A DNA stretch of 64,000 nt from Acidobacteriota bacterium (GCA_040755995.1 JBFMAF010000010.1:32001-96000), one strand, 5' to 3'. Shown: positions 8,314 through 17,663, numbered from the stretch's first letter. Translations and numbers: made by a program. Notes: generated by a model not told the origin, from the letters alone.

Positions 8314-9249
8314 CTACTTCTGACTTATCTCCTCGATTATCTCTTCCTGTTTTCTCTTGCGTTCCTGTTCCTGCTGCTGCTCCGATCCGCGTTTCTGATC
8401 CAGCTGAGGCTGCCCCGATGACTGGCTCTGGGTCACGACACCCTGCGAGCCGCCTGCCGGGAATTGCGCGTCGCGAGGCGCCTGGGGTTGGATGACGACT
8501 TCGGACGGGCTCACTCGCAGCCGCTCGGCCTGCTGGGCATCCGGCGGCGGCTGCCACTTGAACTCGGATAGATCCGGCGCGCGCACCGTCAACTGCTGCA
8601 GATTCAGACCGCGGGCCTCCAGCCGGCTCGTGAGCTCGCTCATGTGGGTCTTGAGGAGGTCCTGCGCGTCGACAGTCTGCGTCTTGAAGTCGACCTTCAG
8701 CTGCCCGTCGGCGGCGCGATGCAGCTCGACGCTCATGTTCCCGAGCGCCCCCATGTTCAGCTCCATGTGAACCTCGGTCGATCCGCCTGCATTCATGCGG
8801 ACCTGCACCGCATCCACGATCTGGTTCGCTATTCGCTGGATCTGTGCGACGGCATCGGTGGTGCTCAGGCCGGCGGCCGCCTTGACCTCGATCTGTTGCA
8901 TCGCGGCCTGGAAGCTGAACGGGATCATCATGTCGCCCGGCACTGGGCGGCGGTGCAGGGCCTCCTGCTGCGAAGACTGCCCCGAGCCGCCTCGTCCTTC
9001 GCCCTCGCCCGACTGCTCTCCCTCGCGCCGCTCATGACGGCGTTCTACACCGTGCTCGGTCGCCCGGGCTGTTTCGGGCTTGTCTCCACTGCCTGTCGCC
9101 TTGGCCTCGCCCTTCCCCGTCCCTTCTCCGGCGTCCGCCTTCCTGTCCATCACCCGGTCGAACTCGGCCTCACCCCCTTTGTCCACCTCGGCGGCCGTCT
9201 CAGGTGGGGGTGTCGGCGCCATTGGTCCCGTGCTGTCCACCTTAGTCAT
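8314..9249 (-). CDS. sctP: SctP/FliK-like length-control protein
   Basis: Disordered E/G/K-rich N-terminus; FliK-C-like domain (EVHMELNMGALGNMSVEL..LKVDF..LLKTHMSELTSRLEARGL); follows sctO. Confidence 0.8.
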   Translation of the reverse strand: MTKVDSTGPMAPTPPPETAAEVDKGGEAEFDRVMDRKADAGEGTGKGEAKATGSGDKPETARATEHGVERRHERREGEQSGEGEGRGGSGQSSQQEALHRRPVPGDMMIPFSFQAAMQQIEVKAAAGLSTTDAVAQIQRIANQIVDAVQVRMNAGGSTEVHMELNMGALGNMSVELHRAADGQLKVDFKTQTVDAQDLLKTHMSELTSRLEARGLNLQQLTVRAPDLSEFKWQPPPDAQQAERLRVSPSEVVIQPQAPRDAQFPAGGSQGVVTQSQSSGQPQLDQKRGSEQQQEQERKRKQEEIIEEISQK

Positions 9250-9254
9250 GGACC

Positions 9255-9311
9255 TTCTCCGTTTCTCCGGTTCTCCGATTCCCCGGCTCTCCGTTTCTCC
9301 GATTCTCCCCC
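9255..9311. repeat. Octamer array TTCTCCGN
   Basis: ttctccgt ttctccgg ttctccga ttccccgg ctctccgt ttctccga ttctcccc. Confidence 0.85.
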
Positions 9312-9312
9312 G

Positions 9313-9828
9313 CTACTCGCCTTCCTCTTCGGCGGTCTCAGCCCTGTCCCTCACGAATCGCGCGAGGGCAATCTCCTCTCCAAGCTTCTGCTCCTTCTGC
9401 TGCATCTCCAACTTCCACTCGTTGAACCACTTCTCCCGGTGCTTCTCGATCGCCTTGAGAGCCTTGTCCGCCTCGATCAGCTCGCTCTTCCTCTCTTCCA
9501 CTTTCTGCTCCGCCTGCTGCACCACCTGCTTCTGAGCCTCGATCGCAGCGTCGTTCTCCTTGATGGCGTAATCGATGTGTTGGATGCCGTTCTTCCGCTG
9601 CTCTACCGCCGGAATCGACAGCATCCCCTTCTCGTCAGGATCGTACAGGTGCGCAACTCGATCGGCTCGCGTCTCCAGCAGCGTCTGTCGTTTCGTCTCG
9701 AGTTCCTTGAGCTTCTGCTGTTCCCGCTGCACCTCTTGCATCGCCTGCGCGAGCGCCTTCTTCGCGCTCTCCTTGGCGCGACCGCGCTGGTCCAGCACCG
9801 TTTGAAGCGGATATTTCGGAGGTTTCAT
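9313..9828 (-). CDS. sctO: SctO/FliJ stalk protein
   Basis: KYPLQTVL N-terminus; coiled coil; KAIEKHREKW..EQKLGEE; directly after the ATPase. Confidence 0.85.
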   Translation of the reverse strand: MKPPKYPLQTVLDQRGRAKESAKKALAQAMQEVQREQQKLKELETKRQTLLETRADRVAHLYDPDEKGMLSIPAVEQRKNGIQHIDYAIKENDAAIEAQKQVVQQAEQKVEERKSELIEADKALKAIEKHREKWFNEWKLEMQQKEQKLGEEIALARFVRDRAETAEEEGE

Positions 9829-9831
9829 ATA

Positions 9832-9862
9832 AAGTATGAAGTGTGAAGTATGAAGTATGAAG
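9832..9862. repeat. Heptamer array AAGTATG
   Basis: aagtatg aagtgtg aagtatg aagtatg aag. Confidence 0.8.
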
Positions 9863-9914
9863 CAGGTAGTCGGTAGCCCGGAATCAAGTTGATCTCTGAG
9901 ATTCGCGGGAGCAT

Positions 9915-11261
9915 CTACTTCAGGCCTCCGACCACCTTCATCCGCTCGATCGTCTCCTGGAAGTCGTCCTTCTCGTTAGTGCTCTGCTTCAGAAACCCCT
10001 CGACATCACGAATTCGATCGATGGCCTCGTCGACGCGCGCGTCGGAGCCGCGCTTGTAAGCCCCCAGCAAGACGAGGTCGCGGTTCTTCTCGTAGTTGGC
10101 GATGAGCTCGCGCGTCTTCTGCGCGGCCTTGAGATGATCCTGGGTTGCGACCGCGGTCATCACGCGGCTGGCGCTGCGCAGCACGTCGATCGCGGGGAAA
10201 TGGCCGCGCGCCGAGAGCTCGCGCGACAGAATCAGGTGGCCGTCCAGAATCGAGCGGACCTCGTCGGCCACCGGCTCAGTCATGTCGTCGCCCTCGACGA
10301 GCACGGTGTAGAAGGCGGTGATCGAGCCCTTCTGCGAGTTGCCGGCGCGCTCCAGAAGCTTCGGCAGCGTCGCGAAGACCGACGGCGGGAACCCCGCGCG
10401 GGCCGGAGGCTCTCCGATGGCGAGCCCCACCTCGCGTTGCGACCGCGCGAAGCGCGTCACCGAGTCCATCATCAGGATCACCTTCTTCCCCTGATCTCGG
10501 AAGTACTCCGCGACGGCCGTGGCCACGTAGGCGGATTTCAAGCGAACAAGCGATGGCTGGTCGGACGTGGCGACGACGGTCACCGATCTGGCCATGCCCT
10601 CCTCACCCAGGGATTCCTCGATGAAATCCATTACCTCGCGACCGCGCTCGCCGATCAGGGCGATCACGTTCACGTCTGCCACGGTGTTGCGTGCCAGCAT
10701 GCCGAGCAGCGTCGATTTGCCGCCGCCGGCGGCTGCGAAGACACCCATGCGCTGCCCTTCGCCGATCGTCAAGAGAGAATCGATCACGCGGACTCCGACA
10801 GGGAACGGGCTCAGGACGCGTTTCCGCTTCATCGGATCCGGCGGCGGTGCGTAGATCGGGTATTCGACGGTGTTGGTGACGTCTATCGGACCCTTGCCGT
10901 CGAACGGCTCGCCCAATCCGTTCAGCACGCGCCCCAGCAGCGACGCGCCGACTCGCACCGTCATCACGTTGCCCGTCGGCCTGACCTCGCTGTCGGGGCC
11001 GATTCCGGTGAGCTCGCCCAGGGCCATGAGATAGACAAGATCGTTCTTGAAGCCGACGACCTCGGCGCGAACGGGTTGGTCGCGCAACGGGGTCTCGATG
11101 TAGCACAGCTCGCCCATGCGCACTCCCGGTACGCGGGCCTTGATGACAAGGCCCGTCACCTCGACAACCCGGCCCCGGACCTCGATCGGAGTGACCTCGT
11201 CGATCAGTTGGAGGTATGGGGTAAGGTCGAGGTCAACCACGCCCTGCTGTGTTTCAATCAT
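9915..11261 (-). CDS. sctN: T3SS ATPase SctN
   Basis: Walker [10 protein letters not shown] (YscN-type); [10 protein letters not shown]; Walker [19 protein letters not shown] 11261 after GGAGG. Confidence 0.97.
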   Translation of the reverse strand: MIETQQGVVDLDLTPYLQLIDEVTPIEVRGRVVEVTGLVIKARVPGVRMGELCYIETPLRDQPVRAEVVGFKNDLVYLMALGELTGIGPDSEVRPTGNVMTVRVGASLLGRVLNGLGEPFDGKGPIDVTNTVEYPIYAPPPDPMKRKRVLSPFPVGVRVIDSLLTIGEGQRMGVFAAAGGGKSTLLGMLARNTVADVNVIALIGERGREVMDFIEESLGEEGMARSVTVVATSDQPSLVRLKSAYVATAVAEYFRDQGKKVILMMDSVTRFARSQREVGLAIGEPPARAGFPPSVFATLPKLLERAGNSQKGSITAFYTVLVEGDDMTEPVADEVRSILDGHLILSRELSARGHFPAIDVLRSASRVMTAVATQDHLKAAQKTRELIANYEKNRDLVLLGAYKRGSDARVDEAIDRIRDVEGFLKQSTNEKDDFQETIERMKVVGGLK

Positions 11262-11524
11262 GAGCACGCCTCCAACCCATTATCACCGATCGCCGCCCGG
11301 ATGTTGCCTGTGCGGGGCCCGAGAAACGGTGACGTGGCTCTGGGATGGTGAACGCAGGCAGAGTCATAACCGCCGGACCCTCCAGGCCCAGGTTCACGTC
11401 TACGCCCGGCAGACACTCGTGCGTCCTCCGGCCGTCTGCACCACTCCCTCATACCAGATTCTTTTCTGCCCTTCTTCAGTTGTCAATGAAACCCGCCAGG
11501 ATGGCGCCCCCGATGCGGATTGGA

Positions 11525-12175
11525 TCAAGGGGTAGACGATTCGGCCTCCCCAAGCAGGTGTCGCTCCATCACCCGGATCTGCGTCTCGATTGTCGTGTCG
11601 ACCATCCCGAATTCCGTCTCGATGCGGCAGCCGCCTCGCTGTAGCGTGTCGTCGGGGACGATGTCCAGGCTGCCGAGGAACGGATTGCGCTCCAGCCACT
11701 TCTGGCGGCGCGCTTCCAGGATCTCTTTGTCCTGCGGGTGGACGCGCAGAATGATCCGCATCTGCTGCTGCCCGCGGAGTGATCGGATCGCCTCGTCGAC
11801 CATCCCTACCAGCAGCTCAGGCGAAGCCTCCAGCTTCTGGCGCACGATCTTCTCAGCGACGCGTATAGCCAATCGGATGACCTGTGGTTTGGCCTGTTCC
11901 ACCAATCCCTTCATCCCCTCCTGCACGCGTTGGATCTGCGCGAGCCATTCGGCCATGCCCTTCTCGTAGCCGGCCTGGCGGCCTTCCTGCAGGGTCTTGT
12001 CGCGGACCTCCTGGGCGGACAGCAGGATCTGATCTGCCTGGGCCTTGGCGGCCTCGATGATTCGTCTCGCCCGATCGGCCGCCTCGATGACCTCGCGGTC
12101 GATGATCTTGCCGGGTGCTGGAAGAGGTGATGCGGATTCGGGTTCGTCCGTTGGTCTCTTGATGATCTTGGTCAT
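11525..12175 (-). CDS. sctL: SctL/FliH stator protein
   Basis: KIIK N-terminus; AxxxGxxxG repeat; LRVHPQD; DDTLQRGGCRIETEFGMVD. Confidence 0.92.
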   Translation of the reverse strand: MTKIIKRPTDEPESASPLPAPGKIIDREVIEAADRARRIIEAAKAQADQILLSAQEVRDKTLQEGRQAGYEKGMAEWLAQIQRVQEGMKGLVEQAKPQVIRLAIRVAEKIVRQKLEASPELLVGMVDEAIRSLRGQQQMRIILRVHPQDKEILEARRQKWLERNPFLGSLDIVPDDTLQRGGCRIETEFGMVDTTIETQIRVMERHLLGEAESSTP

Positions 12176-13152
12176 TTGGATTGCTCGTCATCCGCGAGCG
12201 CCACACGGATCTGTCCCGTCTGGTTCAGCTCCTGTAGCGTCTCACGCAATCTCTGTATCCACTCGTCGATAGAGGGCTGCACCGGCGTCGAGAGCCATTC
12301 GGGGTGGCCGGCCAGTGCATCGAGCGCAAACTGTCCTACGCTGCGCGGCAGGCGGTAGGCAAGGCGCCTCAGGTGGAGTCCCTGCCCACGCATCAGACCG
12401 CATCGCAGCCAATCGGCCACGGCCATTCGAGTAACGCGTTTCGCGAGGCTGGGATAGGATTTCTCCAGCTCCTTGTAAACGACCGGCCAGAACGGATCGT
12501 CCAACCACTTCTTGCTCTGGATGATTGCAGTGGCGATCGTCTGGAGCTCCGCGGGCAGTTGCCACATGAGCTGCTGCGCCTCGGATCGAGGGAGTTTGCG
12601 GATGCAGCTCACCAGGCCCGCCGTGCCATGGAGGCGGAGTACCGCGGCGAGCTCGGCATCGCTCATCTCGCAAAGGCTGCCCGGCAAGTCTGCGTCGCTG
12701 TGAGTCTTCTCCGCCGGCGGGAGGTCGGGGTAGCCGAGCCGCCGTTTGACATAGTTCGACAGCCAGATAGTCCACCATCTCGGCATCACGCCCTCGATGA
12801 TCTTCGTCTTCCCGGCGGGCGGCAGGCGTCTCTTCAACCTCTCGCGCGAATCGCCCGGCAAGCATTCCAGTGCCCACAAGCGCCACTGCGCAGGCCACTC
12901 CTGCATCAGATGGCCGATCCACGTGGGGTGGATGAGCGACCACGGAATGGTCATGGCCTTCATCGTGAGAACACGCAGCAGCTGTTTCTGAGCCTCTGGG
13001 GGCAACCCGCATAGGTGCTCGGCCATCCTTCGGACCTGCTCGGGATTCGCCTCGTCGCCGGGCGAGGCGCCGGGCAGGCGCGGCAGCACGGCCCCCTGGC
13101 TGGATTTGAGTGCCGCATACGTGAACGACAGGTGGGTCAGCGGGCTGTACAT
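12172..13152 (-). CDS. Putative SctK (FliG-position) sorting-platform protein
   Basis: Between sctJ and sctL with ATGA overlap; helical, W/L/P-rich with IHPTWI; call rests mainly on synteny. Confidence 0.55.
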   Translation of the reverse strand: MYSPLTHLSFTYAALKSSQGAVLPRLPGASPGDEANPEQVRRMAEHLCGLPPEAQKQLLRVLTMKAMTIPWSLIHPTWIGHLMQEWPAQWRLWALECLPGDSRERLKRRLPPAGKTKIIEGVMPRWWTIWLSNYVKRRLGYPDLPPAEKTHSDADLPGSLCEMSDAELAAVLRLHGTAGLVSCIRKLPRSEAQQLMWQLPAELQTIATAIIQSKKWLDDPFWPVVYKELEKSYPSLAKRVTRMAVADWLRCGLMRGQGLHLRRLAYRLPRSVGQFALDALAGHPEWLSTPVQPSIDEWIQRLRETLQELNQTGQIRVALADDEQSK

Positions 13153-13166
13153 CGGGCCCCTAGCAA

Positions 13167-13225
13167 GCCGCGGCCTCGCGCGGAGAAGAGTAGAGAGTGG
13201 GGAGTGGAGAGTGGAGAGTGGACAG
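13167..13225. repeat. GCCTCGCG motif plus AGAGTGG heptamer array
   Basis: gccgcggcctcgcgcgg agaagagtag agagtgg ggagtgg agagtgg agagtgg. Confidence 0.85.
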
Positions 13226-13352
13226 CTACCGGTACGCACCCCGGTTTGGTATCGTTATGACGCACCGCGGCAGAATCGTGACTCACTTGAAACATCGCTG
13301 ACGCGAGTCCGCGCCCGCTGCTCACCTTCGCCTCAGTCATCGCGGCCGGCTG

Positions 13353-14174
13353 CTACGCGCGGGGCTGCCGTTGCACGGACTGGAGCTGCCGCTGAGCCAT
13401 GGCGTGTTCGTAGCGGATCTGGCTCAGGACGCGCCCCTGCCAGAAGAGCAGCCCGCCCATCAGCAGCAGCAGGAGGACGAAGATGGCCGTGATTATCTTC
13501 AGCGTGATCATGGATGTGCGGGCCACCATCAGGGGGCCGAATGCCACGAAGTCCTGGAAGCCTTGGGAAGGGGCCATCTGGATGGGCTTCATCACGACGC
13601 TGACGCTTTCCGGCTTCAGGCCGGAGACGCCGTTGCCCACGATCTTCTGCACCTCGTCCTGCCGGATCGGAGTCTGCCCGGCGGAGTCGGGCCGGTACTC
13701 GATCATCACCGACGCCTTCGCCTCGCCCCTGATCTGCCCGGTGATGTCTTCTTCAGGAAGTACGACGTGGACGCGGGCTGCGATTACGCCGGTGACCGCC
13801 TCGAGCGTGTGGGAGAGCTCTCCCTGCAGGGCTTCGAGGTACAGGGCCTTCTCTTCGATCGGCGCGACGACCAGCTTGCTCTTGCCGAAAACGTCCTGGA
13901 ATCGCCGCCCTGGTGATGTCGGCAGCCGGTACTCCTGCAGAACGCCCCACACCTTGACTGTGTCTCGTCGCGGCACGACGACACGCCACGTGTTGTTCTC
14001 GGCGTTCTCGATCTCCTTGGTCGCGACGACACCCTGCTCCTGCAGCACCGCGATCACGCGATTGGCCTCCGTCTCGGAGACGTCGTGCAGGACGGCCGAA
14101 TTGCATCCGGCAAGGAACAGAAGCGAAACGCACAGCAGCGCCAGCAGCTGGGATTTGATTGCCTTCTCTTGCAT
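13353..14174 (-). CDS. sctJ: T3SS inner-membrane ring lipoprotein SctJ (YscJ/PrgK family)
   Basis: Lipobox LAGC; SETEANRVIAVL; GVIAARVHVVLP; KASVMI; C-terminal TM; 273 aa, far shorter than FliF. Confidence 0.93.
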   Translation of the reverse strand: MQEKAIKSQLLALLCVSLLFLAGCNSAVLHDVSETEANRVIAVLQEQGVVATKEIENAENNTWRVVVPRRDTVKVWGVLQEYRLPTSPGRRFQDVFGKSKLVVAPIEEKALYLEALQGELSHTLEAVTGVIAARVHVVLPEEDITGQIRGEAKASVMIEYRPDSAGQTPIRQDEVQKIVGNGVSGLKPESVSVVMKPIQMAPSQGFQDFVAFGPLMVARTSMITLKIITAIFVLLLLLMGGLLFWQGRVLSQIRYEHAMAQRQLQSVQRQPRA

Positions 14175-14214
14175 GTCCTCCCCCACGAAGCACTATTCTA
14201 CTTGCTAAGCAAAG

Positions 14215-14243
14215 ATCATAGACCAACCATCGCGCAAAGTCCA
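14215..14243 (-). promoter_or_regulatory. Candidate sigma70 promoter of the T3SS operon
   Basis: TGGACT-17 bp-TATGAT on the minus strand, ~40 bp above the sctJ start. Confidence 0.4.
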
Positions 14244-14290
14244 TTTGGAGAGATACTGAGTATTGTGTGCTCAGTGCTCAGTGCGCCCAG

Positions 14291-14347
14291 AACCGTGAAC
14301 CGAGAACCGGGAACCGTGAACCGCGAGCCGGGAACCGTGAACCGAGA
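14291..14347. repeat. Heptamer array AACCGNG (8 copies)
   Basis: aaccgtg aaccgag aaccggg aaccgtg aaccgcg agccggg aaccgtg aaccgag. Confidence 0.9.
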
Positions 14348-14439
14348 TCTGGAATCCAATCGGTTGAAGCAAATCCAATGTTTTGGATCACGGGGCCGGT
14401 CATGTTGAGCTATGTTGCTGAAAACGTAGCCCAAAGCAT

Positions 14440-14454
14440 TGGCATCGTTCTTGC
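14440..14454 (+). promoter_or_regulatory. Sigma54 -24/-12 promoter of the TonB-dependent receptor
   Basis: TGGCATCGTTCTTGC with 10 nt between GG and GC. Confidence 0.65.
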
Positions 14455-14585
14455 GTACATCCGGGGTGATGCAGGTGTTTTTGATGAAACTTCGAAAGGG
14501 GGTGGGAGCCACCATCATCAGAACGGCAGCAATCATGAGCGATTCAACAAGCAATTCAAGCTTAGCATTAAAGGAGGCTAACTTA

Positions 14586-17480
14586 ATGAAGTCCAACTGG
14601 TTACTCGGGCTTCTGGTGATCGGCGTGATCGCATTTGCGCCGGTTGCCAATGCCCAGATGAGCCAAGGGCAGATTTACGGCTCGGTCGAAGATGAGACCG
14701 GCGGTGTTCTGCCCGGTGTTACCGTCACGTTGACGGGCACGCAGATCGGCACCATGACCCAGACCACGGGGATCAACGGCGATTTCCACTTCATTCGTCT
14801 TGACCCCGGCGACTATGATGTGCAGTGCGAGCTCGAAGGCTTCGCCACGTACGCCCAGAAGCAGATCGTGGTATCGGTCGGTGGCGCAGTCAACCTGAAG
14901 ATCGTCATGAAGCCGACGACAGTGGCTGAGACGATCACCGTTACCGCTGAGCAGCCGATTCTCGACACCAAGAAGACCGGCGTCGGCCAGAACGTGACTC
15001 AGGAGATCCTGGCGAACGTTCCGACCTCCCGCGACCCATGGGTGGTCCTGTCGATGGTGTCGGGCATCATCGTCGACCGCGTGAACATCGCGGGCGCCGA
15101 GGGCGGCCAGCAGTCCGAGTTCAATGCCCGCGGGGACGTGGGCGGCGACAACTCCATGTGGAACATGGACGGCGTCACGATCACCGACATGGCGGCCGTG
15201 GGCTCCTCGCCGACCTACTACGACTTCGACGCGTTCGAGGAGATCCAGGTCACGACAGGCGGCAACGACCCGGGCCAGGCCACAGGGGGCATGGGCGTCA
15301 ACTTCGTGACCAAGCGCGGCGGCGACATTCCGAAGGGCTCCGCGCGCATGTACATCACCAGTGAGGGCCTGCAGGCCAACAACGTGAAGGACATGAACAC
15401 GGCGATTCCGCCTGCGGCGCCAAACGGCGAGACGACACTGGACGGGCACAAGTGGAATCCTCGGTTCACCCGGCCGATTCTCTTCAAGTCGCGCGACTAC
15501 GGAATTGAAATCGGCGGCCCGATCATCAAAGAGAAGGCGTGGTACTGGGGCGCGGTGGGCGTTCAGGACATCCAGACAATCGCAGTCGGCGGCGCTCCCG
15601 ACAACACCCAGCTCGAGAACGTGAGCTTCAAGGTCAACACGCAGTTCACCGAGAACGACACTTTCACGTTCTTCTACTATCGCGGCGACAAGATCAAGAG
15701 AGGCCGTAACGCCGGCGCGACCCGGCCGATCGAGACCACGTGGAACCAGAAGGGCCCGACCGGCATCTACAAGGTCGAGGGCAGCCACATTGTGAATCCG
15801 AACTTCTACATCAGCGGCAAGTTCGGCTATGTCGGCGGTGGTTTCTCGCTGACCCCACAGGGCGGCTTGAACGCGAATATGTATCGCGACAGCAGCCTGG
15901 TCTGGCACGGCTCCTACTTGGAATACGTCACGGAACGTCCTCAGTGGCAGATCACAGGCGACACCAACTACTTCATGACCGCCGGCGGCAGCCACGAGTT
16001 CAAAGCTGGGTTCCAGTATCGTCGTGCGACGACCGAGTCGACCACCCAGTATCCGCGCAACATCGTTGCGGACGAATACTCGGGTACCGCCTGGCTGTAT
16101 CGTGCTGCGCACAACTACAACGTGCTGAACTTCCTGAGCTTCTGGGCCGGCGACACATGGACAGCTGGCCGTCTGACTGCCAACCTCGGCATCCGATTCG
16201 ACCAGCAGAAGGGCAAGCGGCTCGCTACCAGCACCACCGAGACGGCTGACCAGACTCTCCTGCCGGCCATGAGCGTTACGGATGCGGATGCGCCGTTCTC
16301 CTGGACCGACATTTCGCCTCGCCTCGGTGTGACCTACGATCTGATGGGCGACGGGAAGACGATCCTTCGCGGCAGCTTCGCCCGGTACGCCGACCAGCTC
16401 AACTCTGGATCTGTCGCCTACATGAGCCCGATCTCAGGGGCGAGCGAGCTCGACTACTATTGGACTGACCTCAACTCAGACCACATCGCTCAGTGGAACG
16501 AGATCGACTTCGCGTACGGGCCGGTGGGTATCTACTATGTCGACCCGCTGGATCCGACCCGAGCCTACAACGCAGTCGACGCCGACCTGACGGCTCCGAA
16601 GCGTCTCGAGTTCATCGTGGGCGGCGAGCGCGAGGTCATGATGAACTTCTCGGTCGGCGGCAACTTCGTGTACCGCAAGGCCGACAACCTGACCTGGAAC
16701 CCGATCACAGGGTACAAGAACCCGAACGACATCCTGAAGTCAAGCGACTACGTCGTGGCGGGCACGATCAGCGGCACGCTGCCTGATGGCACCGCCTACG
16801 CCATGCCTTACTACAGGATGAACGACGCACGGCGCGCGCAGTACGGAGCCGGTATCGACCACCTCTTCACCAACCAGGAAGGCTACAGCCAGAAGTACCA
16901 GGGCTTCGAGCTCTTCGCGACCAAGCGGCTCAGCAACAAGTGGATGGTGAACGCATCATTCAACTATCAGACTGACCGCGAGTACTTCGACGGCACGGCC
17001 GGCATCCAGGATCCGACCAACATTCACGACGGCGACGATGCGGCCTTCCAGTCCCAGAGCAGCGGCAAGTCCGGCTACTGGATCGGCACGCCCAAGTGGC
17101 AGTTCAACGCCAACGGCATGTACCAGTTCGTGTACGGGATCAGCGCTTCGGCGAACCTGATCTCCCGCGAGGGCTTCCCGGTTGTGTACTACCGCTCAAG
17201 GTACTACGTGGATCCGGGCGTCGTGATCAAGAACGTGCGCGCCAAGAAGATGGCCGATGCGCAGAAGCTCCCGAACATGATGGAGCTCGATGTGCGCGTC
17301 TCCAAGGCAATCTCGCTTGGCGACAAGGGTAACATCAACCTCGACCTGGATATCTTCAACATCCTGAACAAGAGCACGGTTCTCCACGTCCAGGAGAGCC
17401 TGAGCTCTTCGAGCTTGGATATGATCCAGGATCTGATGTATCCTCGGACCGTGAGATTCGGGCTGCGCTACAGCTTCTAG
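14586..17480 (+). CDS. Oar-like TonB-dependent receptor with N-terminal carboxypeptidase-regulatory-like domain
   Basis: AAGGAGG then ATG 14586; signal peptide; GSVEDETGGVLPGVTVT; plug motifs DAFEEIQVTTGG and GVNFVTKRG; C-terminal GLRYSF. Confidence 0.93.
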   Translation: MKSNWLLGLLVIGVIAFAPVANAQMSQGQIYGSVEDETGGVLPGVTVTLTGTQIGTMTQTTGINGDFHFIRLDPGDYDVQCELEGFATYAQKQIVVSVGGAVNLKIVMKPTTVAETITVTAEQPILDTKKTGVGQNVTQEILANVPTSRDPWVVLSMVSGIIVDRVNIAGAEGGQQSEFNARGDVGGDNSMWNMDGVTITDMAAVGSSPTYYDFDAFEEIQVTTGGNDPGQATGGMGVNFVTKRGGDIPKGSARMYITSEGLQANNVKDMNTAIPPAAPNGETTLDGHKWNPRFTRPILFKSRDYGIEIGGPIIKEKAWYWGAVGVQDIQTIAVGGAPDNTQLENVSFKVNTQFTENDTFTFFYYRGDKIKRGRNAGATRPIETTWNQKGPTGIYKVEGSHIVNPNFYISGKFGYVGGGFSLTPQGGLNANMYRDSSLVWHGSYLEYVTERPQWQITGDTNYFMTAGGSHEFKAGFQYRRATTESTTQYPRNIVADEYSGTAWLYRAAHNYNVLNFLSFWAGDTWTAGRLTANLGIRFDQQKGKRLATSTTETADQTLLPAMSVTDADAPFSWTDISPRLGVTYDLMGDGKTILRGSFARYADQLNSGSVAYMSPISGASELDYYWTDLNSDHIAQWNEIDFAYGPVGIYYVDPLDPTRAYNAVDADLTAPKRLEFIVGGEREVMMNFSVGGNFVYRKADNLTWNPITGYKNPNDILKSSDYVVAGTISGTLPDGTAYAMPYYRMNDARRAQYGAGIDHLFTNQEGYSQKYQGFELFATKRLSNKWMVNASFNYQTDREYFDGTAGIQDPTNIHDGDDAAFQSQSSGKSGYWIGTPKWQFNANGMYQFVYGISASANLISREGFPVVYYRSRYYVDPGVVIKNVRAKKMADAQKLPNMMELDVRVSKAISLGDKGNINLDLDIFNILNKSTVLHVQESLSSSSLDMIQDLMYPRTVRFGLRYSF

Positions 17481-17498
17481 TAGCATCCTAGATCTCTC

Positions 17499-17531
17499 AA
17501 AGGGCCCCCGCGGCGCGGGGGCCCTTTTTTT
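17499..17531 (+). terminator. Rho-independent terminator
   Basis: AGGGCCCCCGC-ggc-GCGGGGGCCCT followed by a T-tract. Confidence 0.9.
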
Positions 17532-17663
17532 GTTAGCACGCCGAGCCTCTCCAAGTCTTCAAGCCACTATGCGGCACCCAGTGATCCGGTGATCACGGCC
17601 TATTGATCTTCAGGCGCGCACCTGTTAGGTTCGTATCATAAGGAGTGTTGCGAAGGAGTGTTT

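Noticed and set aside
11290..11470. 6S RNA or known riboswitch
   Set aside because: No convincing long closing stem or known consensus, and the context is wrong.
626..14174. Flagellar export operon
   Set aside because: The ring protein is a 273-aa lipoprotein, the ATPase P-loop is YscN-like, SctR lacks the FliP signal peptide, and no rod, hook, motor or flagellin genes are present.
2808..14347. CRISPR arrays or phase-variable SSRs
   Set aside because: Units are 7-8 bp, degenerate and intergenic, with no spacers and no cas genes.
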